Shown: positions 24,420-37,048 of the stretch, in pieces
Layout: every line of letters starts with the position of its first letter
How positions within the stretch are numbered: the first letter of the stretch is position 1
Assembly (NCBI RefSeq): GCF_000143415.4
Contig: NW_003314455.1
Span: 1 to 64,000 of the forward strand
DNA length: 64,000 bases
From: Selaginella moellendorffii
Lineage: Eukaryota; Plantae; Lycopodiophyta
Direction: 5' to 3'
Program-made: the position numbers and the translations under genes
The notes under the pieces: model-generated
The model's input: only the letters and a program-made list of their open reading frames with translations
Database searches by the model: none
Told to the model about the DNA's origin: nothing

Positions 24420-25406
24420 TCAGTGGCGAGCTCTTTTCTTGGCACAGGATGGGCAATTGTAGCTCTTGATCCCGGCAGCCTTGCTTGCATTCACCTTTAC
24501 GCAGCTACCGTGGTACCACTTCCGGCACGAGTCGCAAGCGATCCAAAACTGGGACGTGTTGTGAGGATCAGCACAAATCCCACAAAACGCCTCCTCTTCC
24601 TCCTCCTCAGAGTTCTCTTCCACCTCTTCTTCGTCTTGCTCCTCCTCTTCCTCGTCCTCGTCCTCCTCTTTCTTTCTCCGCCTGTTGCTGTTGTTGCTGC
24701 TGCCGCGAGCAGCCTGGACAAAAAGAACTCATGCTTAAGATCTTCACCAAACTTTGGAACTTCGAGCGAAAGAAAGCAAACCTTTTTGCTCTTGGGTTTG
24801 CTGCTGGATTTATTCGCGGGCTTGGCGAGGACCTCGTGAATAGTGGGGAGATTGTTTATCATTCCGAAAAGCCGCTGCCTACATGGGATGGAGTTGAGTG
24901 AGCAACGCAAAATCAATCCAAGAAATGCGCAAGGAAACATGAAAGAAAGAACAAGCTTGCATACCTGTCGGCTTTGTGCAACCGCGCAGCGTGATAGAAC
25001 GCGACCGAGTAGAGCCACGAGTCGCTGTGTACCGCAACCAAAATCAGCCAGTCCGTTCTCTTCATTCCATCCTTCGCGAAATTAATTCCCAGCGAAGGCT
25101 CCGGGAGCTCAGGCGGGACTTCTTCCACTGGCAGGGTCACTTTCCATTCTCCATCGGGCAGGCCATACAGGCACAGGTCCTTGACTGAAACAAACAAGAA
25201 TTTCTTCGCGAAATCAAATCGGCCGAAACACAAACCTGGATCGCATTCGTCGCAAAAGATCGAGACATCTACGCGAGAAAAAATTCAAGACCGGGATGAG
25301 AGAATGGATCGATCGAAATCCTACCCGTTGTGAGCGCCTTGACGATCCCCTCGCGCCTGCCCCGGAAATCCTCGAAGATCGCCTCCACAGTCGCGGGCGA
25401 CTCCAT
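24420..25406 (-). CDS. AL: Alfin-like PHD finger protein (PAL/DUF3594 + PHD), multi-exon
   Basis: [26 protein letters not shown]; [38 protein letters not shown]...[13 protein letters not shown]; PHD CGIC...[19 protein letters not shown]...YNCPSC. Confidence 0.95.
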
Positions 25407-25685
25407 CGTCACAAAAAACCCTAGCTACACCCAATCGCCCATGGGAATCGAACCATGCATCGGCTGGGCTCAATCCAAGCCCTTGGATCTGCACTGGTAG
25501 CATCCAACGGTTGGGAAGCATTTTGCCCTTTAGGCATGGCGGAGAAAGAACGCGACGAGCTGCGGTGGTGCTCCCTTGGCGCCGCTATCGCCCGGTAAGA
25601 TCTCTAGGTCGGCGCTCCTGGCTGGATGATTTTCTAGGTCTAGGAGCTCTCCGCGGCGGCGTGGCGGCGGAGGCGGCGGCGATCT

Positions 25686-26995
25686 ATGGGGGACCGCCAG
25701 ATCGAAGTTGTCGGCGTTCGCGTCGACGATGGGCGGAAGATCCTCCTCGTCAAGCCGACCGTCGTCCCGCCCGAGATTGTGAGCGATCAGGTGGACAATT
25801 TCCTGCTGGAAGCGCTTCAAAACCCTCGCGATCGTCTCACAGGTACCAAATTCTCTAGCCTTCTTTCCGGAGCTTATAATCTCTATGCAGTTCTTCGATT
25901 GGAGCAGGAGATACAGAAGTTTGCCAAGAATGCCGAGGTCCAGCAGCTAGAATTCCAGCCGATGGGGTCTCCTTTCTGCCAGCTCGCGACACAGCGCGTT
26001 GCTCAGCACTATGGCTTGAAGACCAGCGTGGTGGAAAGCTCTGGTGGCGCTAGGATTCACGTCACGAAGAGCCTGGACGGAGAGAATCGCCAAAGTGGCA
26101 TTCGCTTGGCTGATATTCCTCCGAGGGTGGCTCAAGCTCTACAGCCCAGAGTAGCGATCAAGCAAAGGGGTGCTCCGGCTGGTTACAGGGACAAGAGGAA
26201 CTCCAAGGTGGATTCCGGCAAGAGTGTGGAGGAAAGGAAGGAGGAATACAACAGGGCGAGAGCGAGGATTTTTCAGGAGGATTCTAGCGACGACGATAGC
26301 GTCAAAGATTGCTGCCACATCGAGGTGGTGAGGGTGGAGAACAAGGATGAAGCTGCGAAAGCCAACAAAGAGACGCGTGCCGAGACGACAGTGCCGAGGA
26401 TCTGTACGAAAGACGACAAGGAGAACGTAAGGCGGATCTTCAAAGAAGAGAATGCGATCAAGCCAAAGCCGAGCACTCCAAACAGGGTGGCGATCATCCG
26501 AGACCGTGAGAAGGATCGAAAGGACCCCGACTATGATCGAAGCTACGACAGGTAAGATTTCTTCACATCTTTTGGGATTAGCTCATGATCTTGGTTTGTA
26601 GCAGGTATCTCCAGCGTTATGATCGTGGCTTTGGTGGTCTCATGGCTCATCCGGTCTCTCCGGCTTATAACACGCAATTCGACGCTTGCATCCAGCAGCC
26701 AGCTCAATCGCTGTGTTCTTCGTGGGTGTCGCCAACTTACAATCCAGCAGCGTGTTCGTCCTCTGGATCTCCGATCCAGATGGGAGGAACTCGAGGTTCT
26801 TTCGTCATGGACAGCACAAGCTACTCGAGCTACGCTCCATATCAATCCCAGGATCCCAGGTTCTTTCACGATGGATTTTTCTCCTCATCCTCGTTCCAAG
26901 CGTTTAACACTCTGGAGGCTCCACAGCAGCACTACCAAATGGCCGTGCTTCCAAGCTACAACATGGTCAACTTGCACAGTCGGCAGCACTACTAA
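25686..26995 (+). CDS. R3H and SUZ domain-containing RNA-binding protein
   Basis: VDNFLLEALQNPRDRLT, LEFQPM...QRVAQHYGL (R3H), KSVEERKEEYNRARARIF (SUZ), RVAIIRDREKDRKDPDYDRSY. Introns ~25843-25890 and ~26552-26604. Confidence 0.88.
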
Positions 26996-27379
26996 AAGCG
27001 AAGGCTTCCAAGAATTTGGAAGACGAAAAACGGGAGGCATTGTAAGACACTAATTTTTTTTCTTCGGACGGGAATGTACGTATAGTCTTCGAATATGATT
27101 CTTTTTATTCGCTGGAGATGCTCAATCACGCATATGCCAATTCTTTTAACCGCCATGGTTTTGTGTGGTTTGTGGTCTGAGATTCCAAAAGAAAGGATGG
27201 TGCATATCCACATCTCTAGGCAACATACAAGGGACCACCACCACCACCAAAATATTTCCAAACGAATGGTTTGGATGGCCGATTAAATCCTGGCCCTGGA
27301 CTGACATACCAATGTGGAGTGTCTCTCGCTCGCATCACACATTTTTCCTTTGCTTTTTCCATACGTTTGAACGAGGGAC

Positions 27380-27630
27380 CACGTGTCGCCGAGGAAATAT
27401 CCACGCAAAAGATCTTGGGCCGCCGTACGGAATGGTCAGGCCGTACTGGCGAGATTTGTTGACCACATTTTTTGCGATCCCGGTCCACGTCGGCGAGAAG
27501 TACGTGCCACGCGGCGCGATCAGGCCTTGGAAATCGAGTGGCTGCGAGCGCCCGGCAGAAATATCTGGCGGCGATTGGTCCGCCCGTGACACGTCGGAAT
27601 TCCACGTGGCGGCTCCCTCGTGGCTATATA
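27380..27630 (+). promoter_or_regulatory. BBX promoter with G-boxes and TATA box
   Basis: CACGTG at 27380 and 27603, further ACGT cores between them, TATATA at 27625-27630. Confidence 0.6.
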
Positions 27631-27778
27631 GCTCCTCACGCAGTTGAATCGAACGAGGGAGCAAAAGGAAGAACAGAGGGAATTTGGCGGTCTTGGTGTC
27701 GCGCAACGTGCTGTTAGATCGATCACGGGCTTGTGGATGAGTGTTGGAGCAAGGCGCTGGTGATCTTGCGGGGATTCT

Positions 27779-28633
27779 ATGGAGAAATCCAGGGATTGTG
27801 AGCTCTGCCAGGTGAGGGCGGCGGTGTATTGCTGCGCCGATGAAGCGTACCTGTGCTGGAAGTGTGATTCTAAGGTTCACGGGGCGAATTTCATCGTCGC
27901 CAGGCACTTGAGGTCGATTCTTTGCGGTCGATGCCATTCTCCCACGGCTGTTCTTGCGGAATCGTCGCCGCCGGGCCCTTGTTCTTCTCCTCTGTGCCCT
28001 ACTTGCGCTTGTCCAGCGTCCCTGGGCGATATTTCGGAGGATTCCATTCACAGCCAGCATTCTTCCACCATGGATCATGATCCAGCCGCGGAAGAGGAGG
28101 TTTCGTCCGCGGCGCCGAAGAGGGCTCGATCGAGCGAGCTAAGAACCAGATCTAGATCGCCGTCGCCGGATTCCGTGATTCCTGTTAGTAGGAAGCGCAA
28201 GAATGCGGCAATCGACGCGGCAGTGATCCCCACGCAGCAGCTGGTAAGGTCGATCAGGCCTTTGGAAATATTTTCAGGGATCTAAATCTCGGCATTTCTC
28301 TTGTAGGTAACGCTGGGGAGATTGGAGTGTGTTCTTCGGAACTGGGAGGGTGCTCTGGGGCTAGAGCGCTCGGATCACAGGGTTTCGCTGGCAATGCAGC
28401 TATTGCGGAGGATTGCGGTGTCGATCAAGGTGAATCGGCTGCCAAAGCTGGATGCCCGCGCCGCGCTTGCCGTGTGCCTGTGGATCTCCCTCAAGCTCGA
28501 GCGTGATCGATTGTCGCGATCGATTCCTAGGGTTGATCTATTTGGGCGGTGCACGGGCATCGCTGCTGACGTCTTGCTCACTGTGGAGGCCAGGCTTTGC
28601 GACGAGCTCTCCACGCCAAGGGTTTTCTTTTAA
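27779..28633 (+). CDS. Single B-box zinc finger protein (BBX32-like, no CCT domain)
   Basis: CELCQVRAAVYCCADEAYLCWKCDSKVHGANFIVARHLR. Intron 28244-28306; exon 2 includes LRNWEGALGL...AALAVCLW. Confidence 0.88.
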
Positions 28634-28650
28634 GAGAAAAAGATTTGGTG

Positions 28651-28687
28651 ACGTGTCAAGTTGTGATGGACGTGTCCATGACGTGGC
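28651..28687 (+). promoter_or_regulatory. Three ABRE/ACGT elements upstream of PFK
   Basis: ACGTGTC at 28651 and 28670, ACGTGGC at 28681. Confidence 0.5.
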
Positions 28688-28819
28688 TTGTGTACCAGTA
28701 GGGCATCGTGACCGTCGGATGACGGGGCGTTAGGGCATGCGTAGTAAAGCGTGTTTATCCAACGGTCACGTCCTGCGAGGGAAAAAAATTAGGGCTTTTT
28801 CAAATGTGGGCAACATGGT

Positions 28820-31601
28820 ATGATCCTCAGGAGAGGCTTTCGGGGAGGAGGTTGTCCGTGTTGGTGCCCTAGCGGCGGCGGCGGCGGCGTGAAAGAAGGC
28901 GCAGATCCAGGTAGCGGGGGATCTGGTGGCAGCAGTAGTGAGAATACCGTGACCGCTAGGGTTTTGCCGAGCGCGCCAGCATCCGGCTTAGCACGCATTC
29001 TATCCAGGTCTTTGAGCCGCAAAGAGCGCGAGGATAAAGAGGCTGCTGCTCGCGAGGAGCAGCGCATCCAAGGGATCATCATGGCGGCTATGGTGTCAGA
29101 TAGCAAGACGCCCAAGGATGTTCGCTACGATCCGCATGCACCGGGCGATAATCCCTTTGAATTGCCGCATCTCGCCGATTTTCTTCCTCTCCCTCCGGTG
29201 GAATCAACTTACAGAGCCAAGAGCGGGTACGCCAGGAAACAAAAGAGCTAGTGCTAAACTTCTCTCTTCGTGTTTGTAAGGCCGTTTCCTCAAGAAGGGG
29301 CTGTTCCGTCGAAAGCCACTCCGGATAGTCAGGATATGCGTCGTCTGTTTGTTCATGACGACGATAGAGTTCTTCTCAAGGTAAAGGTCTTTGAAAGAAC
29401 AGCAACTTAAACGTACCATGGCAAAACGCAGACTTTCAGTAGCTTCAAAGTGCTTAACCCGGTAAACTACGCCAACAACAGGTGGTACACTATGGTCATC
29501 CAACTTCTGCCGGTATCGAATACGGGCCCAAGGGCGAATGGGAGTTCAAGCCTCTGTGGTAAGTTCCTTGTTTCGACAAAGTGAGGTTGTTTGTGTCTGT
29601 TGTATGAGGCGTTGTCTTGTGCTGGTTATCAGGTACCTTGTCAAATATCATCACTTTTGTTTAGTATGAAGTGACGAGGATGTCTCTTGAGCTGCAGGGC
29701 TCATCGTGCAGGCCCGCGCGCGTGGATTTACTTTCACCCAATGACAGTATGTACGAGTTCTCGAGTATCGTCATATGCAAAAATGTACCTTTCTTTTTCT
29801 CTTTTCAGGTGCGAGCGGCTATTGTGACTTGCGGTGGTCTTTGCCCGGGGCTTAACGATGTGATTCGGCAGGTACGCATGCTTTTGCATAAACAAGTTTC
29901 TGCTGTTTTCTAATGTTTTTTCTGGTGCGGTGCTTTTCAGGTTGTCTATACGCTCGAAACTTACGGCGTCACAGACATCTTGGGCATTCAGTATGGTTTT
30001 CGTGGGTTCCTTGATAAGACGTTGCCACCTATCATTGTAAGTATGGTAACATTGCTCGTTGCTGTACTTATCGCGTTTGTGTTTTTATGCAGCTGAATCG
30101 TAAGGTTGTTCAAGGCATACACATGCGCGGAGGAAGTTTTCTTGGCGTTTCGCGTGGGCACCCAAACGTTGAAGAGCTTGTTGACAAACTAGAGGTAACT
30201 GAATGTGCCTTGTAAGCTTTAGCAAGTGAAGTATTGAAGCTGTTTTGATGCAGGAGTGGGGCATCAATATGCTGTATGTCATCGGTGGAAATGGCTCTCA
30301 TGCTGGAGCTAGCGCTATCTACGAAATTGTAAGCTTGAGGAGTGAGTGAACGTGTCCGATTGCTGACACGTCCCTGCGTGCAGTGTTACAAACGGAAATT
30401 GAAGATTGTCGTTGTTGGCATTCCAAAAACCATTGACAATGACATTCTTTTGATTGATAAAACGTTCGGTTTTGACACTGCTGTGGAGGAAGCACAAAGA
30501 GCAATAAACGCTGCCTACGTTGAGGTATGTCGGAGGCACGCACTCAGTTTCCGCTTGTTTATACCTTGTCTCCAAATACATTTTGTTGCAGGCCAGTAGC
30601 GCTCTCAATGGTGTTGGTATTGTTAAGCTCATGGGCAGGCAGAGTGGATTTATTGCCATGTATGCAACACTTGCCAGCGGCCAAGTAGACCTTGTCCTGA
30701 TTCCGGAGGTGAGGTTTATGGATTGGTGACCCGGCTACAACATTTTTACTGCTTGTGAACAGGTGCCTTTTGAAATGGACGGAAAGAATGGTGTTCTAGC
30801 GTTCATGAAGAAAAGGCTTGACAAGAATGGTAACTGCGTAGTAGTCATTGCCGAAGGTGCTGCTCAGGTACTGTTTCCTTTATTTACTTTTCTCCTTCCG
30901 TTTAAACACTTTCTGGTTCTTACAGAATTATCTCGAAGGCACTGGAGGCACTGATGCATCTGGCAATCCGATCCTAGGAGACGCTGGAAAGTGGCTGTAC
31001 AATCTCGTGAGTAACTTTGGTTGTCGAACTTCACATTATCTGACTTAGGAGTGTCAATCTACAGGTTAAATCCCACTTCAAGGAGTTGAACATCCCTGTC
31101 GATGTGAAATACATCGACCCAACGTACATGATCCGAGCAAGAGCTTGCAACTCGTCGGACCACATCTACTGCAGCGTCCTTGGACAGAATGCGGTATGCA
31201 CATAGTATACACAGCTCATTCTCGTGTCCGAAAAGCTCAATTCATTTCTTGCGTTTTTCCAGGTTCATGGTGCCTTCGCTGGCTACACAAACTTTAGCAT
31301 TGGACTGGTGAACACGCATTACGTGCTGCTGCCGATTCCAGAGATCATCAAGACTGCTCGAGCTGTGGATCCAAACAGCAACATGTGGCACAGATGCTTG
31401 GGATCGACGGGCCAGCCAGACTTCGCTCCGGGGCCTCCAGAAATCAAGCCGAGCAGCTATCCTCTGAGCCAGAAGAGGGCCAGCAACTTGATGCAGATGA
31501 ACGCCATGGCTCAGCCATCCGGACCGGCTTCCAAGCAGCCAGTGAAGACACAGGGGCCTTCCAAAGCAGCGCAGGGCGCCAAGGCAGCTCAAAAACGATA
31601 G
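28820..31601 (+). CDS. PFK: ATP-dependent 6-phosphofructokinase (PFK5-like, probably plastidial), many short introns
   Basis: [91 protein letters not shown]. Confidence 0.95.
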
Positions 31602-31865
31602 GAAGATCATCATCTCTTCCAAGTTTTTCTTTCCGAAAGTTTCATCGCTACTCGTGTTCTAAGGTCTCACTTGCAAAGGAGTTTTTTTGTAGCAATCGTT
31701 GTGTTGGTGGATTCATGTGAAAACTTTCATCCAAAATCGTAGTAGTACTTTGATGTTGTAGAAAGAGTTCCTTAAGGAAGAACAAAAGCAAGAAAAACTT
31801 CTAGTAGAGGTACCTCGTAGCAGAAAGAAGATGGAAAAATCTCTTCTTCCTTCTTCCTTGATCTC

Positions 31866-32300
31866 TCAACGGTAGGACTTCTGGAAGCGAGCGCGAGCTC
31901 CGCGGCCTCCAAACTTCTTAGGCTCGCAGCGCCGGGGATCAGCCACCAGGAGCGTCCTGTCGTAGCTCACCAATCGATCCTTGATCTCCTTCTTGGCGTG
32001 CTCGTCCACGAACTTCTGAGTGAAGGCCACCAGCGCCTTGGCGATGCTCTGCCGGATGGCGTAAATCTGGGAGGTGTGGCCTCCGCCGCGCACGCGGATC
32101 CTCATGTCCACCCCCGCGAAGCGCTCGCGGCCGAGGAGGAGGATCGGCTCCACCGCCTTGAATCGCAGGATCTCGGGCTCCACAAGCTCGATCGGGCAGC
32201 CATTGATCTTGATCAGCCCGCGCCCCTTCTTGCAGTATGTCACCGCCACTGCTGTCTTCTTCCTGCCAAAACACTGCACGGATTGAATAGCCGCCGCCAT
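31866..32300 (-). CDS. RPS16: 40S ribosomal protein S16 (uS9), intronless
   Basis: [14 protein letters not shown]...[24 protein letters not shown]...[31 protein letters not shown]. Confidence 0.98.
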   Translation of the reverse strand: MAAAIQSVQCFGRKKTAVAVTYCKKGRGLIKINGCPIELVEPEILRFKAVEPILLLGRERFAGVDMRIRVRGGGHTSQIYAIRQSIAKALVAFTQKFVDEHAKKEIKDRLVSYDRTLLVADPRRCEPKKFGGRGARARFQKSYR

Positions 32301-32446
32301 CTCACCTCCGCGCGCCGCCGCCCGAAGAACCCTAGCCGAGAGCAAGGATTAGGGTTCTGGGCTTTGGGAGAGGCTCGAATCCTGGGAAGTTAAAAATCTT
32401 GAAATTAGGGCTCTTGCTCTTACATTGAAAAAACAAAATATTCCTT

Positions 32447-32762
32447 TTAATATTCGTGCGGCGGCTTCTGTGTAGGAAGGATTCCAAATCGCTTCTTGAG
32501 CATCACGCGCTGCTTGGAGAATTTATCGTCCGGGGAGAATCGCGCTGGATGATGGACAAATCCCAAATCGAAATCAATCGCAGGAACAAAAGAGGGCTTT
32601 TTTCTCTACCTGGATGCGAGGATTCAGTGGGCGATCCATCGGGCGCCTCTTTCTGCCAAAAAAACCCATGAAATTCCATCTCGCAGAGCTATGGCGCGCC
32701 AAGCTCACCTTGATCGTGTACACCTTCTGGCCCTCCTCGTTGACATAGCACATGAGATACAT
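32447..32762 (-). CDS. NOP10: H/ACA ribonucleoprotein subunit NOP10, 3 exons
   Basis: Spliced: [64 protein letters not shown]. Confidence 0.95.
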
Positions 32763-33434
32763 GATCGATCGATCGAGCGCCCGCTAAACGCCTAAACTGC
32801 CCAAGAACCCTAAAACGCGGAGGGAAAAAAAATTAAGCCTGGATTGTGGGAAGGAATCCAATCCAATTCCATTCCATCCACGTCGGATCCTTGGAAACTG
32901 CGATGCATGGGCAATGGCGATGGGAGCATCCCATCCCATGCCCATCCCCATCCATCCATTCATTCGTTCCATTCAACTTCCTTTATTGACATTCATAGCC
33001 TATGGCATGGGGGTGTTATGTGCCATGTGTGTGTGTGTGGGATCTATCTGCGAATGAGAACGGAATCCCTGGGCCTTTGCTTGTAGGGTTAGGGCAGGCT
33101 AGGGTGCGCAATCGCGCTTGGATCTAGCCGCCTCCTCGCCGATTCCCTCCACCGCGTGAGCGAGCGAGTGAATCCCCCGCCGCGAGCACAGATTTCGGGC
33201 GAAATATCGGGTCGCGCGGTAGCGGCAGCGGCGGCGGCAGTGGCGGCGGCGGCGATTGATGGTTGAATCGCGAGTTTGGCTCCTCCCGGGGCGGATTGGC
33301 GCGGCTATGGTATCGATGCTCTAGCCGGGCAGCTCGATGTGGTGGTGTTAGGGTTAGGGTTTGAGGGGTTTAGGGATTGGCTATGGTTGCTTTGGTGCTG
33401 GCAGCCAGGAATATATTTTTTGGCTCCACGAAAG

Positions 33435-36400
33435 ATGTCCAAGGCGCTTATTGGGAGAGGCAAGCCTCCCTCTCTTCTACTCGCGGTGCAGTGTGGGAAG
33501 AAGAAGAAGAACGAGCTCTCCAGCCCGGAGAATAATGGAAACTTTGATGATCGGCCAGTGGACCTTGCGTCGGGAGGAAATTTGGAGGTATGGTTTTCTC
33601 TTAAGTTGGTGTGTGTGAGTTTGCTGATAAGTTGTTTCCTTGTGCTGAAGATTCATTTCATGGATTGTCCCTCGTACAATGAGGTGAAGCAAAAGCTGAA
33701 AGCCACGCGACCAGAGTTTTTGCTGCTCCTGGGAGAGAGAGGCTCCGGCCGGAATGAAGTCGGGTCGCTCTGCCTCGGGGAGAAGATCGTCACGGGGGAG
33801 ACTCTGAAATCCATGATCGGTTCGAAACTTCCAGAATTCGTAAGGACTTTCCGCATGCCCGTTTCCTACACGCTGTTGACGTTCGCTTTTGCGCTGCAGG
33901 TCTACATTGAGTCGTCAAATAGTGGAAAAGTTGCCGACAGCATCCATACACTCGTACGTCTGCCACGAGTTTTTTTTTTTCTTTCTTTCTTTTCTTTTGT
34001 TTTTCTAACTAATGGAAGTGTTTCCTCTTTCCAGGGAGTGAGGCATGTTGCACATTGGGATGGCTCTGTGACTTCTCTAGCTGCTGCTCACTTTCGGCAA
34101 TCGCTTGTAGCGTGCTTGAGGACGTAAGTTTTTGCTTGGAAGCTCTGCAAAGCTTCGTTTACGTGTTTTTGTTTCAGGCCTGGGTGTGATCCTTGGGATG
34201 CATTTGAGCTGGCGAATGCATCATTGGAGATACATTATGGGCAAACTAGTGGCAGCCAGCCGATGCTCTTAGGAGAAGGTCCACCGGTTCTTGACGATCC
34301 TCTTAAAGACATGGAGGATGATCCTCCTCTTATTCAAATTTATGACGAAGAGACGGAAATTCGCCTTCTTGTCTGTGCTGAAGCTTGTGCGTCGGTACAC
34401 ATCTCACCTTTTATCTTTGATCGAAGTTTAACAAGCGCTTACTCTTTGTTTACCTGTTTACTAGGATTCAAGCTCTTTACAAGCCGTTGAGGTCGCTTTG
34501 ACGTCACTTTTCGCAATAGAGGTACGTGCTTCGCGTAGGTTCTGTTTTACCGATTTATCTTTTACAACTTCAGGTTAGAGGCATGCGTCTTATACATCGA
34601 ATCAGGTGAGTCGTTTTGGATACGCCTCGTTTCGTTTCTGACCATCTGAATTGCGTGCGCAGTGCCCCTCCGCCACCCTCTGCAGCATCAACGTTTGCTC
34701 GTGGAGTTGTAACTATGCGTTGTGACCTTTGTACTTCTAGCAGCGCCCGCATATCTCTTGTGGTGTCTGGCAGCGCGCAAACTTGTTTTGCCGATCATGT
34801 AAGTCTGGTGTTGAGCGAATGATGATTCTAACTATTTCATGTACAGTTTTTAGAATCTACTATTAGGAAAGGGCTTATGGAGAAAAGCCAGGCTCTTCAA
34901 CTTATTATGTCCGAAGATAATATGCCTGCTGAAATAAGGCGTTCCACTTCTATAGCGTGCGGGGCTGCTGTTGTCGAGACCCGTGCTAAAGTTCCAAACT
35001 GGGCTGCTCAGGTGCGCCGTGTTTTATTTCTGCTGGCTCTGAAATACGTTTATCGTGGTGTTGCAGACTTTGAGGCAGCTATCAACTGACACATCGTACA
35101 AGACCTTAGTTGCTCTTGGCATTGCCGGTATTGAAGGGTCTCCTGTCGCTGCATTCCAACAGGAAGACGCAGAGAGGCTGGGCCTTTTAAGAAACGAGCC
35201 GCCGAAGGCACTGGGTTCTCCTCGTTGTAATGGTTTCAGTGAGGCGCCCATCATTCCTGCATGGCTCACTCCAGCAGCCCCGACGAGAAAGAGACAGAAC
35301 CTGTGCCTCTCGAGCATCAACTTCAATGGTGACGCGCCTTTAAATGGCGACAGCAAATCAGTGTTCCTCGCTGCGATGAAGCCGATACCACATGCAACTC
35401 GGCGGAAGTTGATGCCTTTTGCGGGCGTGGTTTCGGCTGGGGCTCAGGCTGGCTGGTCCATGAAGCTGAATGGAAATACTAAAAGCACCAGACCCGAGGG
35501 AACGTCTGCGCCGTCAGGCCATGGAAGAGGAGGGCATACGTTTCCGATTGTTCTTCCCAGCGTCAAGAAACATCACTGCAGCCGCCCGTCAATGTTGGAG
35601 TGTCCAGAGGTGAAGTCTGCTTTGCTCTTGATACGCCTGGTTTCAGTAACTAATGTGGTCTTTACAGGAGGAATTTCTTAACGACGTTGTCCAGTTTTTG
35701 GTTTCCAGAGGACACGGTCGACTCATTCCTCCAACTGGTATCGAGGCCTTTCCGGATGTTGTGTTGAACGGCAAGAGGCTCGATCTCTATAACCTGTACC
35801 GGGAGGTAAGTTTCGCGTGTTACTTTTCTTTTGTGCGGAGCCCCTGTTGGCCCACCTTTCGATGTTTCAGGTCGTCTCCAGAGGAGGCTTTCGGGTTGGG
35901 AATGGCATCAACTGGAAAGGTCAAATATTTTCGAAGATGCGTAACCACACAACAACAAACAGAATGACTGTATGTGGCATTCTTTTCCCGCAAAGTTGAC
36001 TTCGGGGCTAAATGTGTCGTTTTTTTCTGTGGCAGGGCGTCGGCAATACACTAAAGAAGCACTACGAAACATATCTTTTGGAGTACGAGCTTGCGCACGA
36101 CGATGTGGATGGCGAGTGCTGCATCTTGTGTCACAGGTGAGCGGAGCACGACTTTACTTTCTTTCTCTGTGGAAATCCCATTTGCACTGACGCGCTGGTT
36201 GTACAAAAACACTTACAGCAGCGCAGAGGGCGACTGGGTGAACTGCGGCATCTGTGGCGAGTGGGCTCACTTCGGGTGCGATAGAAGGACGGGCCTGGCA
36301 ACATTCAAGGTATGGACGGTGGCGGTCCAGCGTGGTTTTGCTCACATTCCAACTTTCTTTGCTTTAGGAGTATGCGAAGACGGACGGGCTCGAGTACATA

Positions 36401-36505
36401 TGTCCTCGCTGCAGCGTTGGCTCTGCCAGAGGCGTGACGTCGAGGAAGAAGCAAAGGCCTTCTTCCGGGGACGGTCTCGTCATCTTCAAAGGCAGGAAGA
36501 ATTGA
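33435..36505 (+). CDS. ARID + PHD domain protein (ARID4-like), multi-exon
   Basis: EEFLNDVVQFLVSRGH...FPDVVLNGKRLDLYNLYREVVSRGGFRVGNGINWKGQIFSKMRNHT (ARID); GDWVNCGICGEWAHFGCDRR...EYICPRC (PHD). Confidence 0.92.
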
Positions 36506-37048
36506 TTGGAAGACTCCCAAGGAGGAGCAAAGGAGCCAAGGAGGAGGAGGAGGTGTTTGTATATTCCAAGAGTTTTTGTGGGGGCAGAGGTCTGTTGCTT
36601 TGTACATTGTATAGGAGAAGGAGAAAAACGCACCAAAGAAAAACCAAAAAAAAAACAAAAAAACAGATGGATTGATTTCTCTCTTCTCTCATCACATGGT
36701 AAATGTGATGATAAGGAGCGAGCTAAAAGGAAGCAAAAGATATAGAGAATCAAAGATTGTTTTGTTTAATACCCCAAGTCTTCCATTGTTGTTGTCCAGG
36801 GGAGGGGCTAAAGTGCCCACCACCAACAATAAAGAATATACAAGGATAGAAACAACTGGAAAGCCACTGTGCAAAGCATCCCACTCTTTTCATGTGAACT
36901 CTCTGCTCTCTCCCTCTCTCTCCCCGGTCTGTTTTTTTTCATATAAGAGTTCTACGTAGGGAGTTTAAAGTCGTCTCTCTTTTCTTCTCTCTTCCTTGTC
37001 TCGTTTGCCTGGAAGAGTTCCGTTTGGCGGCCAGCGCTCGTGACAACC

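Noticed and set aside
25536-25782. Upstream ATG/uORF overlapping the R3H gene
   Set aside because: It needs a 43-nt intron and has no recognisable product; cannot be supported without transcripts.
27095-27726. Several 60-160 aa ORFs between the R3H and BBX genes
   Set aside because: No motifs; the region reads as 3' UTR plus a G-box-rich promoter.
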